DNA of 64,000 bases from positions 160,001 through 224,000 of the forward strand of contig OZ242374.1 in NCBI GenBank assembly GCA_965209055.1, given 5' to 3'. This document shows, in pieces, positions 10,100-20,134 of this stretch (positions are counted from its first letter, which is position 1; each line of letters starts with the position of its first letter). The translations under genes were made by a program, and so were the position numbers. The DNA is from Acidobacteriota bacterium (GTDB lineage Bacteria; Acidobacteriota; UBA6911; RPQK01; JAJDTT01). The notes under the pieces are model-generated. The model was not told the origin of the DNA. It did not search any database and was given only the letters and a program-made list of their open reading frames with translations.

Positions 10100-11941
10100 T
10101 CACTGCACGACGACGCTGCGGGTGGAGGTCGCCATTCGGCCCGAAAGGCTCTGGCGCAGGACCACCACCAGATCGTATTTGCCCGGCGGAGCGTCCTTTT
10201 CGGAGCTGGAGCTGAAATCCCGGTAACGCTGAAAATGGTCCAGGCCCTCGCTGTCCAGGTCCAGATCCAGACGTTTGAAGAAGAGGAAGTCCTCGCCCAC
10301 CCACTTGCCCGAATCGTCGACCAGCGCACCGAACATCTCCATGACGCAGCGGTTCTTACGGCCGTTGCGCGAAAAAGCGAACGAACGCGTGGGGATCAAG
10401 GTGCGGACCTTCAGCTTGCCCGACGGGTTGGTGACCTGGACCCGGAAGGGAAAGTCCCGAAACAGTTCGGGAAACTTGAAGGCGTTGGCCAGATCCGCAT
10501 GCGCCGTCTGCTCCGGGTCCGCGTCGACGTAGCCTTGGCGGTAACGGAGCTTGACTCCCTTTCGCGCCAGCTTGACCCGGATCTCGTGGAACTTGCCCGG
10601 CTTCCGCTTCGCGCGGGGCGCATATCCCAGCAGGTAGTAGCTGCGCCCGTCGTCGAAGGCCTTCCCGATGCCTCGCGCCATGTCGTTGTCGTTCAGAAAG
10701 GAGAGTCCGCCGGTGCCCGACGACAGGGTAGTGAGAAAATCCTGGGGAGCCGTGATGTCCTGATTCGAGTGGGAAGCGTACATGTGGCTTCCCGACTGCC
10801 GGGTCGCGGCATTGGAAATGGCCGGAGGCATCAGGCCCCGGGGATCGATGCTGTAGATGGAGACCTGCGATCGATTCGCCTGGTCGATGACCGACCGCAA
10901 CCGGGACTCGAAGCTGGTCCGCCGGCCCGAACCCGCCATGCTGCTGTTCACCAGCATGTGGACCTGCGCGTACTGGCTGGGGGCGAACATTGCGGCGCGC
11001 TCGCGGATGATGTTCTTCATGACGGTGCGGGCGTTCAGCGGGTATCCGGCCGAGATCAGCATCAAGTGCTTGCGTCCCGGGAGGGAACGCAGATGGCGGG
11101 CCAGGGCGCCGATGGCGGCGCAACTGAACGCCACCTGGATTTCCATCTGGGAGAGGATCTGCCTCGATTCGCCCGCCGCCATCTGGATGGCTCCTTCGAT
11201 CTGCGGGACCAGTTCTTCCACGTTCCCCTGAGCCAGGCTCGGATCGTTGGCCACGCCGAGGGCGCCCATGTCGGCGAAGATGTCGTCCATAATCTCCATG
11301 AAACGACTCAGATTGCCCTCCAACCGAGGTTCGAAGGGGACCTTGTCCAGTGCCTGGCTGAATCTTTCCGTGTCCCTGGTAAAGGCCTGATTGATCCGAA
11401 GCCGGTGGCGGATGGTGGCCAGCATCACCTGGTCGTTCGGCCCCAGGCGCGACTCGACGAAGCTGCGAATGGCCTCTTTGCTGCGGCCCAGAGCGTCGAA
11501 GGGCATGCTGTGCAGGTCCATCAGGAAGACGTAGTACCCTTCTTCGATCGTCTGAACCGGGACGCTGCTGATGCTCGTGGCTGGTTTTCCCGGTCCCTCA
11601 GGCTCTCTCGCCGGGATCGGCGTCCCCCGGTCTTGCAGGCTGAAGAACATCACCGTCTGGCGTTTGCCGTCTTCCAGCACCTCCAGCTCATCGGGGCGCA
11701 GATCCCAGATGAAATTGCCGTCCCGGTCGGTTGCCACAAGGTCAACCAGAACCAGTTCCGTCGATGTCTTGAAGGAGGGGATGTCCTGGGCCGAGGCGGA
11801 CGGCCAGATGCTGCAGACGATCCAGAGGAAGGCGCCAAGCCGGCTTCTGACGGGAGGTTTCGTCTTCTTTCCCACGAGCGGTTCCGGGCCCTTCGGCCGC
11901 TCCGCGCCGGCCTTGTTGCAGGTTTGAGCGGATTGTACCAT
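10100..11941 (-). CDS. VWA domain protein (acidobacterial VWFA-related family); start uncertain
   Basis: ELVLVDLVATDRDG, PGRKHLMLISAG, IYSIDPRGL, YYLLGY and LRYRQGY motifs. Confidence 0.88.
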   Translation of the reverse strand: MVQSAQTCNKAGAERPKGPEPLVGKKTKPPVRSRLGAFLWIVCSIWPSASAQDIPSFKTSTELVLVDLVATDRDGNFIWDLRPDELEVLEDGKRQTVMFFSLQDRGTPIPAREPEGPGKPATSISSVPVQTIEEGYYVFLMDLHSMPFDALGRSKEAIRSFVESRLGPNDQVMLATIRHRLRINQAFTRDTERFSQALDKVPFEPRLEGNLSRFMEIMDDIFADMGALGVANDPSLAQGNVEELVPQIEGAIQMAAGESRQILSQMEIQVAFSCAAIGALARHLRSLPGRKHLMLISAGYPLNARTVMKNIIRERAAMFAPSQYAQVHMLVNSSMAGSGRRTSFESRLRSVIDQANRSQVSIYSIDPRGLMPPAISNAATRQSGSHMYASHSNQDITAPQDFLTTLSSGTGGLSFLNDNDMARGIGKAFDDGRSYYLLGYAPRAKRKPGKFHEIRVKLARKGVKLRYRQGYVDADPEQTAHADLANAFKFPELFRDFPFRVQVTNPSGKLKVRTLIPTRSFAFSRNGRKNRCVMEMFGALVDDSGKWVGEDFLFFKRLDLDLDSEGLDHFQRYRDFSSSSEKDAPPGKYDLVVVLRQSLSGRMATSTRSVVVQ

Positions 11942-12005
11942 TCGGTTCGTGACAGCTTCAGATCCCAGGCGTCCGGCGCGGGAGTTTCGCGGAACCTCGA
12001 AACGA

Positions 12006-12941
12006 ATGCTTGCAACACTGGTCTGGGGCCTCGGATTCCTGCCGCTCTGGAGCCAAACCTACGATGAGGCGGTCCGTCACTTTCAGCAGCGGAATTACCC
12101 TGAAGCTCTGGCCGTGACCTATGAAATCCTGGCGGAGGATCCCGGCAACGCTGCCGGCCATCACCTCCAGGGACTGATCTTCGCCCAGTTGCGGCAGTTG
12201 CCCGAAGCCGAAGCCAGCCTGAGACGATCCGTCGAGCTGGGGCCCGGCCAGCCGGGCCATCACTTCGATCTGGCCGTCATCCTGCTCCGGCAGCAGCGGC
12301 AGGAAGAAGCACTGCCCCTGTTGGAACGCGCCGTGGAGATGGATGGATCGAACCTGATGACCCGTTTCTACCTGGGCCGGACCTACCACGAACTCAACCG
12401 CCTCGAACGGGCGCTGGAGCAATTCAACACGATCGTCGAGAGCGACTACAGCTTTCCCGCGGTCCACTACCACCTGGCCCGGGTCCATCGGAACAACGGA
12501 GCGGCCGAGGAGACCATTCGAGAGCTCCGGTACGAGATCGAACTCTATCCGAAGAATGTCGTGGCCCGGCTCGAGCTGGCCGAAATGCTGCTCAAGCAGG
12601 GACAGGCAGCGGAAGCCCTGGAGCACCTGCAGGTTGCCGGGACAGGCTTCTACAGCCGCGACCGCCGGGCGGTGGCGGTGGCCAAGAGCCGCCGGCTCTA
12701 CGTCACGCTGACCGCCCTCCCGCCGAGTCATCTGCACCTGCTCCTGGCCAAGGCCTACCGGGAATTGGGACGGCTGGAGGAAGCCGTCTCTTCGGCCCTG
12801 AAGTGTGTGGATCTCGATCCCGATCTGGCGGACCCGCACTACATCCTGGCGCAGATCTACCAGGAGCAGGATCGGATGGAGAAGGCGGCGCGGGCGATGG
12901 AAACCTTCAACCGGTTGAAGGCCGGGAGGGGGGACTGTTAG
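12006..12941 (+). CDS. Secreted tetratricopeptide repeat protein
   Basis: TPR-like repeats after a short signal peptide; the stop codon lies inside a REP. Confidence 0.85.
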   Translation: MLATLVWGLGFLPLWSQTYDEAVRHFQQRNYPEALAVTYEILAEDPGNAAGHHLQGLIFAQLRQLPEAEASLRRSVELGPGQPGHHFDLAVILLRQQRQEEALPLLERAVEMDGSNLMTRFYLGRTYHELNRLERALEQFNTIVESDYSFPAVHYHLARVHRNNGAAEETIRELRYEIELYPKNVVARLELAEMLLKQGQAAEALEHLQVAGTGFYSRDRRAVAVAKSRRLYVTLTALPPSHLHLLLAKAYRELGRLEEAVSSALKCVDLDPDLADPHYILAQIYQEQDRMEKAARAMETFNRLKAGRGDC

Positions 12942-13020
12942 TCCCCCCGTCTTCCCTCTTCCTCGTCGCTGCGGGGATAGGAAAACCCCCGCTACCAGCG
13001 ACTGGGAAGTTGCCATTCCC
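12925..13020. repeat. REP-like palindrome cluster
   Basis: GGAGGGGGGACTGTTAGTCCCCCC, GCGGGGATAGGAAAACCCCCGCTAC and a degenerate GCGACTGGGAAGTTGCCATTCC. Confidence 0.7.
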
Positions 13021-13028
13021 CGGATCTC

Positions 13029-13051
13029 GAAGCTCGCCGGCTCCACCAGGG
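13029..13051 (-). repeat. Duplicate of the GWxTD gene 3' end (exact 23-mer, partner at 16715-16737)
   Basis: GAAGCTCGCCGGCTCCACCAGGG occurs at both positions; both encode LVEPASF on the minus strand. Confidence 0.85.
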
Positions 13052-13307
13052 GTTGGCTCCTGAACGCCGACGCACCCTTTTCCCCTTCCATGGAAACAGT
13101 CCTGCGGGGCCCAGACAGCGATGGCCGCCACCACGCCGCCCCGTCACCAGAGCACGGCGCTCGCCCGGCTCGTCACACAGCGCTTGGTGTATCAATACCG
13201 GCATTCAAGCCCATCACGCCCACTGAGTCCTCCATCCGGAGAACTGCTGAGCCCACACGGTTTGCTCGGACCGTTGGACGGTATGATATTGCTTGCATGG
13301 GACTCTG

Positions 13308-16300
13308 ATGGAGTTGAATCGGCTAGGACAGCGGATATGTCTGGCTACGGTATTGTGCGTTGTTCCGTTGGCGATGCCTTCGGCAACTGCGCAGTCCACA
13401 TCGGGGTCGATCCTGGGCGACGTGGCGGACCTGTCGGGAGGATTCCTGCCGGGGGCGATCGTGAGCGTTAGAAACAACGCAACCGGTTCGACCCGAGAGG
13501 CGTTGACCAATGAAGTGGGAGCCTTCCGGTTCTCGGGGCTGCCACCGTCCAACTACTCTGTGACGGTAGAGTTTCCCGGCTTTCAGACCGTAACGCGGCC
13601 GTCGGTGACGCTGGCCGTGGGCGGCACGACGAAAGTCGATTTCGAGTTGAATGTGGGGTCGGTCGCCGAGTCGATCACCGTCGCCGGGGCGGTGCCGCTG
13701 GTGCAGCCGACGGAGAACACGATCCAGGTTGTGGTGGCCAACCAGCGAGTGCAGGAACTGCCGACCAAGAGCCGCGACTTCATGAATCTGATGCTGCTGG
13801 CGCCGGGCGTGACGGTAGACCAGAGCTCGGCCCGCATTGGCAACAGCGACTCGGTCAGCTTCTACGGCATGGACGAACGGAACAAGTCGGTATGGCTGGA
13901 AGGCGTGGACTTCAATGACGAGGTCACGATGGGCGGTTCGGACATTTCCGAGGCGACCCGGACGCGATTGGGGCAGGAAGCGATTCAGGAGTTTCAGGTG
14001 TTGTCGTCGGCCTTTTCGGCCGAGTTCGGCCGGACCGGCTCGGGGGCGATCAATGTTGTCGTGAAGTCGGGAGGCAACGACATCCACGGCAGCGGCTTTT
14101 ACTTCGTCCGCGACGACGCCTTCGACAAGGATCCGTTCCAGGTGGTCCGGGGTGAAGCAGTGCCGGATGCCAACCCGCCGCCGTTCCAGACCCAGCAGTA
14201 CGGGTTCACGATAGGCGGCCCGTTCGTGCGGCACAAGGTGTTCTACTTCGGATCCATCGAACGCCGCACCGAAGCGAACAGCTCGCAGGTGACGATTCCA
14301 GATTCGGTGAAGGCGTTCGTGGATTCCCTGAATGCCGGCTACGACACGTCCAGCGCGCTGCCGCGGTCGGTGGACGAGCGGAACGTGTTGGGCAAGTTCA
14401 CGCTCAACCTGCATCCGAGGCACACGATGAACGTCATGTACCTGTACGACGACAGGGAGTTCACCAACAAGCGGACCGGGCAGACCAACGGAGCCGACAA
14501 CGGGTTCGACGACACGCGCAGCTCCTATTACGCAACGGCGAGCCTGACGTCTCTCATCAGCAACAGATTCGTGAACGAATTCCGGGCGAACCGCTCGATC
14601 CAGCGCCTGTTCCGGGATTTGCAGGCCAGTGCGAGCGGACGGTTTCTGCCGACGCTGGATTTTCCCTCGGTCGACCTCGGAGCGGCGAGCGATGTCCCGC
14701 AGGGCCGGGTCCAGGCGAACTGGATCTTCTCGGACACGATGAGCTGGGAGTGGGGCAACCACTCGTTCAAGTGGGGCTGGGAATCGAATCGGATCCTGGC
14801 AACGGCCGACGCGAACGTGGATTTCCAGGGGGTCTACCGGTTCCCATCCGATACGGCGACGTTGCCGGACCGCTATACGGCGAACTTCAACCTCCCGTTC
14901 GAGAACGGCAATTCAACGGAGCCGAGGTTCATCAGCATCCGCCGCGACGTGGCCTCCTACGCCGCATTCGTCAACGACACGTGGCGGGTGACGCCGAGCT
15001 TCACGATCAACATGGGACTGCGCTGGGACAAGCGGACCTACCTGGATGTGGACGGCGTGGCGTCTATCGGCGGACCGGACGCTTTCGAACAGCCGGGTTT
15101 CTCGCGGGACCGGCCGCAGGATGTCTGGGTGTCAGTGGCGCTGGGCGAACTCGGCGCCTTGCCGGTGAGGGACTGGCGTCCGGGTGTCGAGGACAAGCTG
15201 GACCTCTCGCCGCGTTTCGGTTTCTCCTGGGATGTGACCGGCAACGGTCACGCGGTGGTCCGGGCCAGCTACGGCATCTTCCATGACCGGATCAACACGA
15301 GCACGCTCCGGAGCCGGGTCTTGAGCTACAACGGGCTGTTGACTTCGGGAACCCAGTTGGACGCCTCGAACGCGGCGCAGAACGCGATCATCCAGAGGAA
15401 CTTCCCGAACCGGATCGCGACCCTGCTGTTGCCGGGAGGCGCCAGCGTCGGCGGAACCCCCGATGCGCCTTCGGCGCGGATGAACACGCCCTACACCCAA
15501 CAGTCCCACGCGGGCTTCCAGTACGGGATCAGGCAGGACTTGGCCGTGTCGGTGGACTTCGTGCACATCTTGGGTCTGAACTACGACTGGGGTCCGGGCC
15601 TGTCAACCTCATGGGAACCGAACGCGCCGCTGCCAGGGGCCACGTCGCCGTCAGGTCGAGTGTGCCCGTTCGCCCGCCAGATCGTTGCGCAGTTGGGGTT
15701 GCCGGCAACGGCGGCCAACCTGCGTTCCAACAGTGCGGGCTGTCTGCGGATCCAGGTCGCCGACTTCACCAACCGGTTGCACATCAACAGCTTGAGTCTC
15801 CGGCTCGAGAAGCGGTTCACGCGGAACTTCGGTTTCCTGGCCGGGTACACGCTAGGCTCAGCGAAAGGCTTCGACTGGACCTCACCGCACATCAAGCACG
15901 GCGAGGCCAATTTCGGCCCGACCGAGAACGACGTGCGGCATCGTTTCACGGGCAACTTCATCTACCAGTTTCCCCACGACGTCCAGGTGTCGTCGATCCT
16001 TACAGCCAACAGCGCGCCGCCCTACGACATCACGACCGGCAACGACGACAACTTTGACTTCCTGCGCAACGACCGTCCGGAGGGAGTCGGGGCCTGGGCC
16101 GGCCGCGGCGCGAACTTCGTCCGGTGGGACCTGCGGTTGACGAAGAAGTTCGTCATTACCGAGGCGACGAGAGTGGACGTGATGTGGGAGATGTACAACA
16201 TTGGCAACCGGGCCAACTTCGTGAACTTCGATGGCAACCAGCGCTCCTCCAGCGCTAACCAGGCGCGGGGCGTCGTCCCCAGCGGTCAGTTCCAGGGTCA

Positions 16301-16325
16301 GTTCGGCCTGCGGTTCGTTTTCTGA
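13308..16325 (+). CDS. TonB-dependent receptor (Oar-type, carboxypeptidase-regulatory-like N-domain)
   Basis: Signal peptide, FSAEFGRTGSG, LSPRFGFSWD, C-terminal FQGQFGLRFVF. Confidence 0.92.
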   Translation: MELNRLGQRICLATVLCVVPLAMPSATAQSTSGSILGDVADLSGGFLPGAIVSVRNNATGSTREALTNEVGAFRFSGLPPSNYSVTVEFPGFQTVTRPSVTLAVGGTTKVDFELNVGSVAESITVAGAVPLVQPTENTIQVVVANQRVQELPTKSRDFMNLMLLAPGVTVDQSSARIGNSDSVSFYGMDERNKSVWLEGVDFNDEVTMGGSDISEATRTRLGQEAIQEFQVLSSAFSAEFGRTGSGAINVVVKSGGNDIHGSGFYFVRDDAFDKDPFQVVRGEAVPDANPPPFQTQQYGFTIGGPFVRHKVFYFGSIERRTEANSSQVTIPDSVKAFVDSLNAGYDTSSALPRSVDERNVLGKFTLNLHPRHTMNVMYLYDDREFTNKRTGQTNGADNGFDDTRSSYYATASLTSLISNRFVNEFRANRSIQRLFRDLQASASGRFLPTLDFPSVDLGAASDVPQGRVQANWIFSDTMSWEWGNHSFKWGWESNRILATADANVDFQGVYRFPSDTATLPDRYTANFNLPFENGNSTEPRFISIRRDVASYAAFVNDTWRVTPSFTINMGLRWDKRTYLDVDGVASIGGPDAFEQPGFSRDRPQDVWVSVALGELGALPVRDWRPGVEDKLDLSPRFGFSWDVTGNGHAVVRASYGIFHDRINTSTLRSRVLSYNGLLTSGTQLDASNAAQNAIIQRNFPNRIATLLLPGGASVGGTPDAPSARMNTPYTQQSHAGFQYGIRQDLAVSVDFVHILGLNYDWGPGLSTSWEPNAPLPGATSPSGRVCPFARQIVAQLGLPATAANLRSNSAGCLRIQVADFTNRLHINSLSLRLEKRFTRNFGFLAGYTLGSAKGFDWTSPHIKHGEANFGPTENDVRHRFTGNFIYQFPHDVQVSSILTANSAPPYDITTGNDDNFDFLRNDRPEGVGAWAGRGANFVRWDLRLTKKFVITEATRVDVMWEMYNIGNRANFVNFDGNQRSSSANQARGVVPSGQFQGQFGLRFVF

Positions 16326-16454
16326 TTGCGACACGGAGCCATGGATCCGTCCCGGATCCGGGACTCACCGCAACCTCCGCGGGCCCGCCCTATTCACCGC
16401 CATTTAGCGAAGGGGCTTATCTACGAAAGTGCCCCACGAATTGCAGCGGGCGGG

Positions 16455-16587
16455 AGTGATGCCGCCGCGCCATCAGGTTGCGGGAAATGCGCCGACGGCG
16501 CCGGTCGTAGACCGGCGTGGTGTCGGGATGTGCGTGACCGGCCAGGTTCTGGACGTCCTCAAGCGGCACGTTCTGGCTCGGCAAGGC
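16455..16587 (-). pseudogene. C-terminal remnant of a tyrosine recombinase/integrase
   Basis: Minus strand reads QNVPLEDVQNLAGHAHPDTTPVYDRRRRRISRNL, matching the LAGH..TT..Y catalytic segment. Confidence 0.7.
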
Positions 16588-16642
16588 AATGCACGGGACG
16601 TTAGTGCGCCATTCGTCTTTGTTGCTACGTGATTCAGGAGAG

Positions 16643-16706
16643 TGTAGAGGGGGACTGCCGTCGCCCCTAACCCCCCCGGTTCGGCGACAGGAAACTCGCC
16701 GCTCCT
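16643..16706. repeat. Composite REP unit
   Basis: GTAGAGGGGGACTGCCGTCGCCCCTA plus CGGCGACAGGAAACTCGCCGCTCC; same layout as 25942-25999. Confidence 0.75.
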
Positions 16707-18310
16707 TGGATCCGGAAGCTCGCCGGCTCCACCAGGGACTGGCCCGAGACCTGGTCCTGGACCTGCAGCATGATCCGGTAGGTGCCGGGAACCAGGTCCT
16801 TGAGCTCCATCTCCTGAATCAACACCACGCGGTCGTCCAGTTGGATCATCCGGGGCTCTTCCACCAGGATCTGGTCCCTTCCGCGGAAGACCAGGAGCTT
16901 GGCCTGAACCAGCGGCGCCAGCATGGCCTGGTCCACCTGGAGCTCGTAGATTTCGGTGTAGACGTGCAACTTCGATCCGGTCCGGAACTCGCGGGTGATG
17001 TTGGGAAAGACCTTCAGCCCGCTGGGCGTGTTGAACGGGTCCGACAGCGTCTCTTCCCGTGCGGATGAAGCCAACCCGTCCGCCAGGATGAGGCTGCTGG
17101 TGGCCAGGTTCCCGGCCTTCGACTCGCTGACGTGAATGGAGGTCGCGGCCTGGGACACCCGCTGGCTGCGCGTGTCCTTGGCCACCAGGTTGAACTTGAA
17201 GCGTCCCGGCCGGAGCGGAATCTGCTTCTGGTAGAGGAAATGGGTCTCGGTGCTCAGGATCTCGTCGACTCCCTTGTCTCCAGCCAGAGTGTCCTCGAAC
17301 TCGTAGACCACCTTCCCTGACAGGTCCTCGACCTTGCCGTAGATTTCGACCGTCGCCCGTTGGTTCGATTCGCCGAACTGCGCGTACGACAGCTCGGTCG
17401 CGGGAATCTGGACGGTCAGAGGAATCAGGAAGGCGTTCTGACCCACGCGGTAGACGGCGGAGACGACCTTCAGAGGGATCGGATTGTAAAGAATCCGGGT
17501 CTCCACTTCGGTGGCCAGCTTTTCGAACTTGAACTCGGGAGGCCTGCGAAGGTCGAAATATTGCCGCAGGCGGTCGAAGGGCTTGGCGCCCCTCATGTAC
17601 ATGGGCTCGGTTTCCAGACCCAGGCGCCGCATGGCCAGGTCGGAGACCATGCTTCCGTCGCGGGTCGCCAGGCCCATCTGTTCCCAGCGGGTCGGCCCTC
17701 CGCCGCTCACCCAGAGCGCGTCCTTCTCGGAGGGCCTCAGCGCCAGCTTGTATTCCCCCGTCCTGCTGGCGTCCACGAACTCGATCTCGATCCCCGATCC
17801 GATGCCGGGAATGTAGTTGTAGAACCAGCGCTGGAAGGCATAGGTGCTGGTCCAGCCGCCACCCTCTTCGGGCCGGCGCCGATACATGCCCCCCATATGG
17901 TCATCGATGGTGTTGGGGGGGCCGTAGGTGATGTAGATGCGGCCCCGGTCCGTGTACCAGCCCTCCACGCCGGAAGCGTAACGTTCGTTGGCGTAGGCGA
18001 CGCGGCGGTAGTGTTCTTCCTTGAATTCGTTGTAGGTGGTCCTGGGGTCCGGGTCCCTCCGCCTCCAGAACTGCTCGATGAAGGCGTCGCGCTCGTCGTC
18101 GGCAGTCAGGCTCTGGAAGATCTCCCGTTCCTCTTGGGTGATGATGTAGACCACGTCCTCCCGGAGCCACTTCCGGTAGTAGTCCTCCTGCTCCTCCCGG
18201 AGCATCTTCTCGCGGCGCTCTTCGTCGCTTTGGGATTGCCCGGCGGCGTCCGTCGAAGCGGACGCCAGCAGGATCAAGCCGGCGGCCACCGAGTTTCGAA
18301 GGGTGAGCAT
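16667..18310 (-). CDS. GWxTD domain-containing protein
   Basis: KWLREDVVYII, FW.RRDPDP and GWYTDRGRIYI signature; signal peptide. Confidence 0.92.
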   Translation of the reverse strand: MLTLRNSVAAGLILLASASTDAAGQSQSDEERREKMLREEQEDYYRKWLREDVVYIITQEEREIFQSLTADDERDAFIEQFWRRRDPDPRTTYNEFKEEHYRRVAYANERYASGVEGWYTDRGRIYITYGPPNTIDDHMGGMYRRRPEEGGGWTSTYAFQRWFYNYIPGIGSGIEIEFVDASRTGEYKLALRPSEKDALWVSGGGPTRWEQMGLATRDGSMVSDLAMRRLGLETEPMYMRGAKPFDRLRQYFDLRRPPEFKFEKLATEVETRILYNPIPLKVVSAVYRVGQNAFLIPLTVQIPATELSYAQFGESNQRATVEIYGKVEDLSGKVVYEFEDTLAGDKGVDEILSTETHFLYQKQIPLRPGRFKFNLVAKDTRSQRVSQAATSIHVSESKAGNLATSSLILADGLASSAREETLSDPFNTPSGLKVFPNITREFRTGSKLHVYTEIYELQVDQAMLAPLVQAKLLVFRGRDQILVEEPRMIQLDDRVVLIQEMELKDLVPGTYRIMLQVQDQVSGQSLVEPASFRIQGAASFLSPNRGG

Positions 18311-18344
18311 CCTTATGAAGACAATATAGCAGCCTGTGGAATGA

Positions 18345-19961
18345 TCATTGCGGGGGATCCGCCATGAGCCATTCCGAAAAGAACTGGAAGGAAAAGATCT
18401 TGCTGCGCTGCATGTGGAACCTGAGCTGGAGGACGCGCCCCTTCAGAGCCGTCAGGTCGAATTTTTTCTTCCAGCTCACGGTGTGCGCGATCGAGTCTCC
18501 CCGAAACGATTGGCAATCCTCTCGCGAATAGCCGGGCAGGGGCTCACCGGTCTCGGGGTCCAGGATCTCCACCTGGATGGCGCCCTCGTCTCCCGCCGTC
18601 GACCCGTTCAGTCTCAGCCGGTTCCCGGAGAATCTCAGCGGCTTGGTGGTGAAGCTGCCCCGTCCCGCCGCCAGCGAGAGGAAGCCGTCGAGGCGCAGGA
18701 CGGCCAGGTTCTGCGAACTCTCCTGGTTCTCACCCCGGCGCACCCCCCAATGGCCCTTCTTGAACCCGGTGTAGTAGAGCCAGATCTCGCCCCGGTCCTC
18801 CCGGACCAGGGGAGGCTGGGCCACGAAGATCATCCCCGAGTCGTAGCTGCCTTCCGGTCCGTTGGGAATGAAGGGCCGCCGCTGTCCCACCCGCTGCCAG
18901 TTCGTACCGTCGCGGCTGTAGGCCAACTGGATGTCGATGCGGTCCAACCAGGGGTTTCGCGCCAGATCCCGGCTGGGAGGCGTCATGGGCTCCATCCCCG
19001 GACAGATGTGATAGGGGGTCAGGAACCCGATGTAGATCCCTTCGTAGAGCAGGGTCTCGAAGGTGTAGAAACCGCCGGTGCAGGGGGCGTCCTTCTCGTC
19101 CGGGGGGACCAGGATGTATTTCCGGTTCACCTCCACCGGGTCCTTCATCTCCGCGGGGGCGTCCCAGGTCAGGAAATCGGGACTGGTGGCGATCCCCGGA
19201 GTCCTCACCCGGCCCTCGCGCCTTGTGCCCCGAAACAACGGATGGTCCTTGAAGATAGGCGGCCAGAGACGGATATGGGCCACGTAGAGGTTGCGCCGGG
19301 GGTCCCAGAAGAAGACCTGGTGGGTGTCGTTGTTCAGGAAGACCGGATTGACGCCGTCGTAGAGTTCCCATTGGATGCCGTCGGGCGAATGGGCCGCCCA
19401 GACTCCGTTCACCTTCGGGTCCTTGCTGTTGTGGCGGTAGAGCATCTTGTAGCGCTTGCGGGGATCCGACTCGTGCGGGTCGCGAGCCACGCCGGGGGCG
19501 CGGGCTCCAACGTCCTTCCCGAAGACGAAATTGTGCTTGCGGGAGGCTTCTCCCGGGCACCACTTGGAGTGGTAGTCGAACTGGCCCACCATTGGCTTGT
19601 CCCAGTTGAGGCCGTCGCGGGACTCGTAGTAGCCGACGAAATTGTCCGACCAGTCGTAGTTCACCACCTGGTGCCACATCTGGTAGACGTTCCGGTCCGG
19701 ATCGAAGGCCAGGTTGGGGGAATTGCCGAAGTGCATGTCCGCCTCCCAGCACCGGTCCATCCGGATTACCGGGTTCCCGGCATATTTGAGCGGCTGGTTC
19801 ATGATCCGGTAGACGCCCTGCATGGATTCGATCACGTGGTCGTCAAAGAAGAGCTGCTTCCGGGATCCCACGTCGACTGGATTGGCCCGGATCCCGGCTC
19901 CCAACACACCCAGAAGCAAAAAATAGCATTGAAGCCGACGGAATCCCCTGCGGACGAACAT
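18345..19961 (-). CDS. Glycoside-hydrolase-like beta-propeller protein (close paralog of 33028-34653)
   Basis: KQLFFDD, KYAGNPVI, IDIQLAYSRDG, LRLDGFLSL. Confidence 0.75.
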   Translation of the reverse strand: MFVRRGFRRLQCYFLLLGVLGAGIRANPVDVGSRKQLFFDDHVIESMQGVYRIMNQPLKYAGNPVIRMDRCWEADMHFGNSPNLAFDPDRNVYQMWHQVVNYDWSDNFVGYYESRDGLNWDKPMVGQFDYHSKWCPGEASRKHNFVFGKDVGARAPGVARDPHESDPRKRYKMLYRHNSKDPKVNGVWAAHSPDGIQWELYDGVNPVFLNNDTHQVFFWDPRRNLYVAHIRLWPPIFKDHPLFRGTRREGRVRTPGIATSPDFLTWDAPAEMKDPVEVNRKYILVPPDEKDAPCTGGFYTFETLLYEGIYIGFLTPYHICPGMEPMTPPSRDLARNPWLDRIDIQLAYSRDGTNWQRVGQRRPFIPNGPEGSYDSGMIFVAQPPLVREDRGEIWLYYTGFKKGHWGVRRGENQESSQNLAVLRLDGFLSLAAGRGSFTTKPLRFSGNRLRLNGSTAGDEGAIQVEILDPETGEPLPGYSREDCQSFRGDSIAHTVSWKKKFDLTALKGRVLQLRFHMQRSKIFSFQFFSEWLMADPPQ

Positions 19962-20134
19962 GATTGATTTCTCCGTTGGACCGGCTCGATGTGTTCGGGG
20001 CCTGGATGCCACCCCGCGACTTGCTAAAACTCTACAGGGTCGCCGCCGCATTGTCATTTGATCGGACGGGAAAGACCGGTAGACTGGTTGATAACACCGG
20101 CCGTTGGTATGAGACTTCCGCGAGAGGTTCAGTG

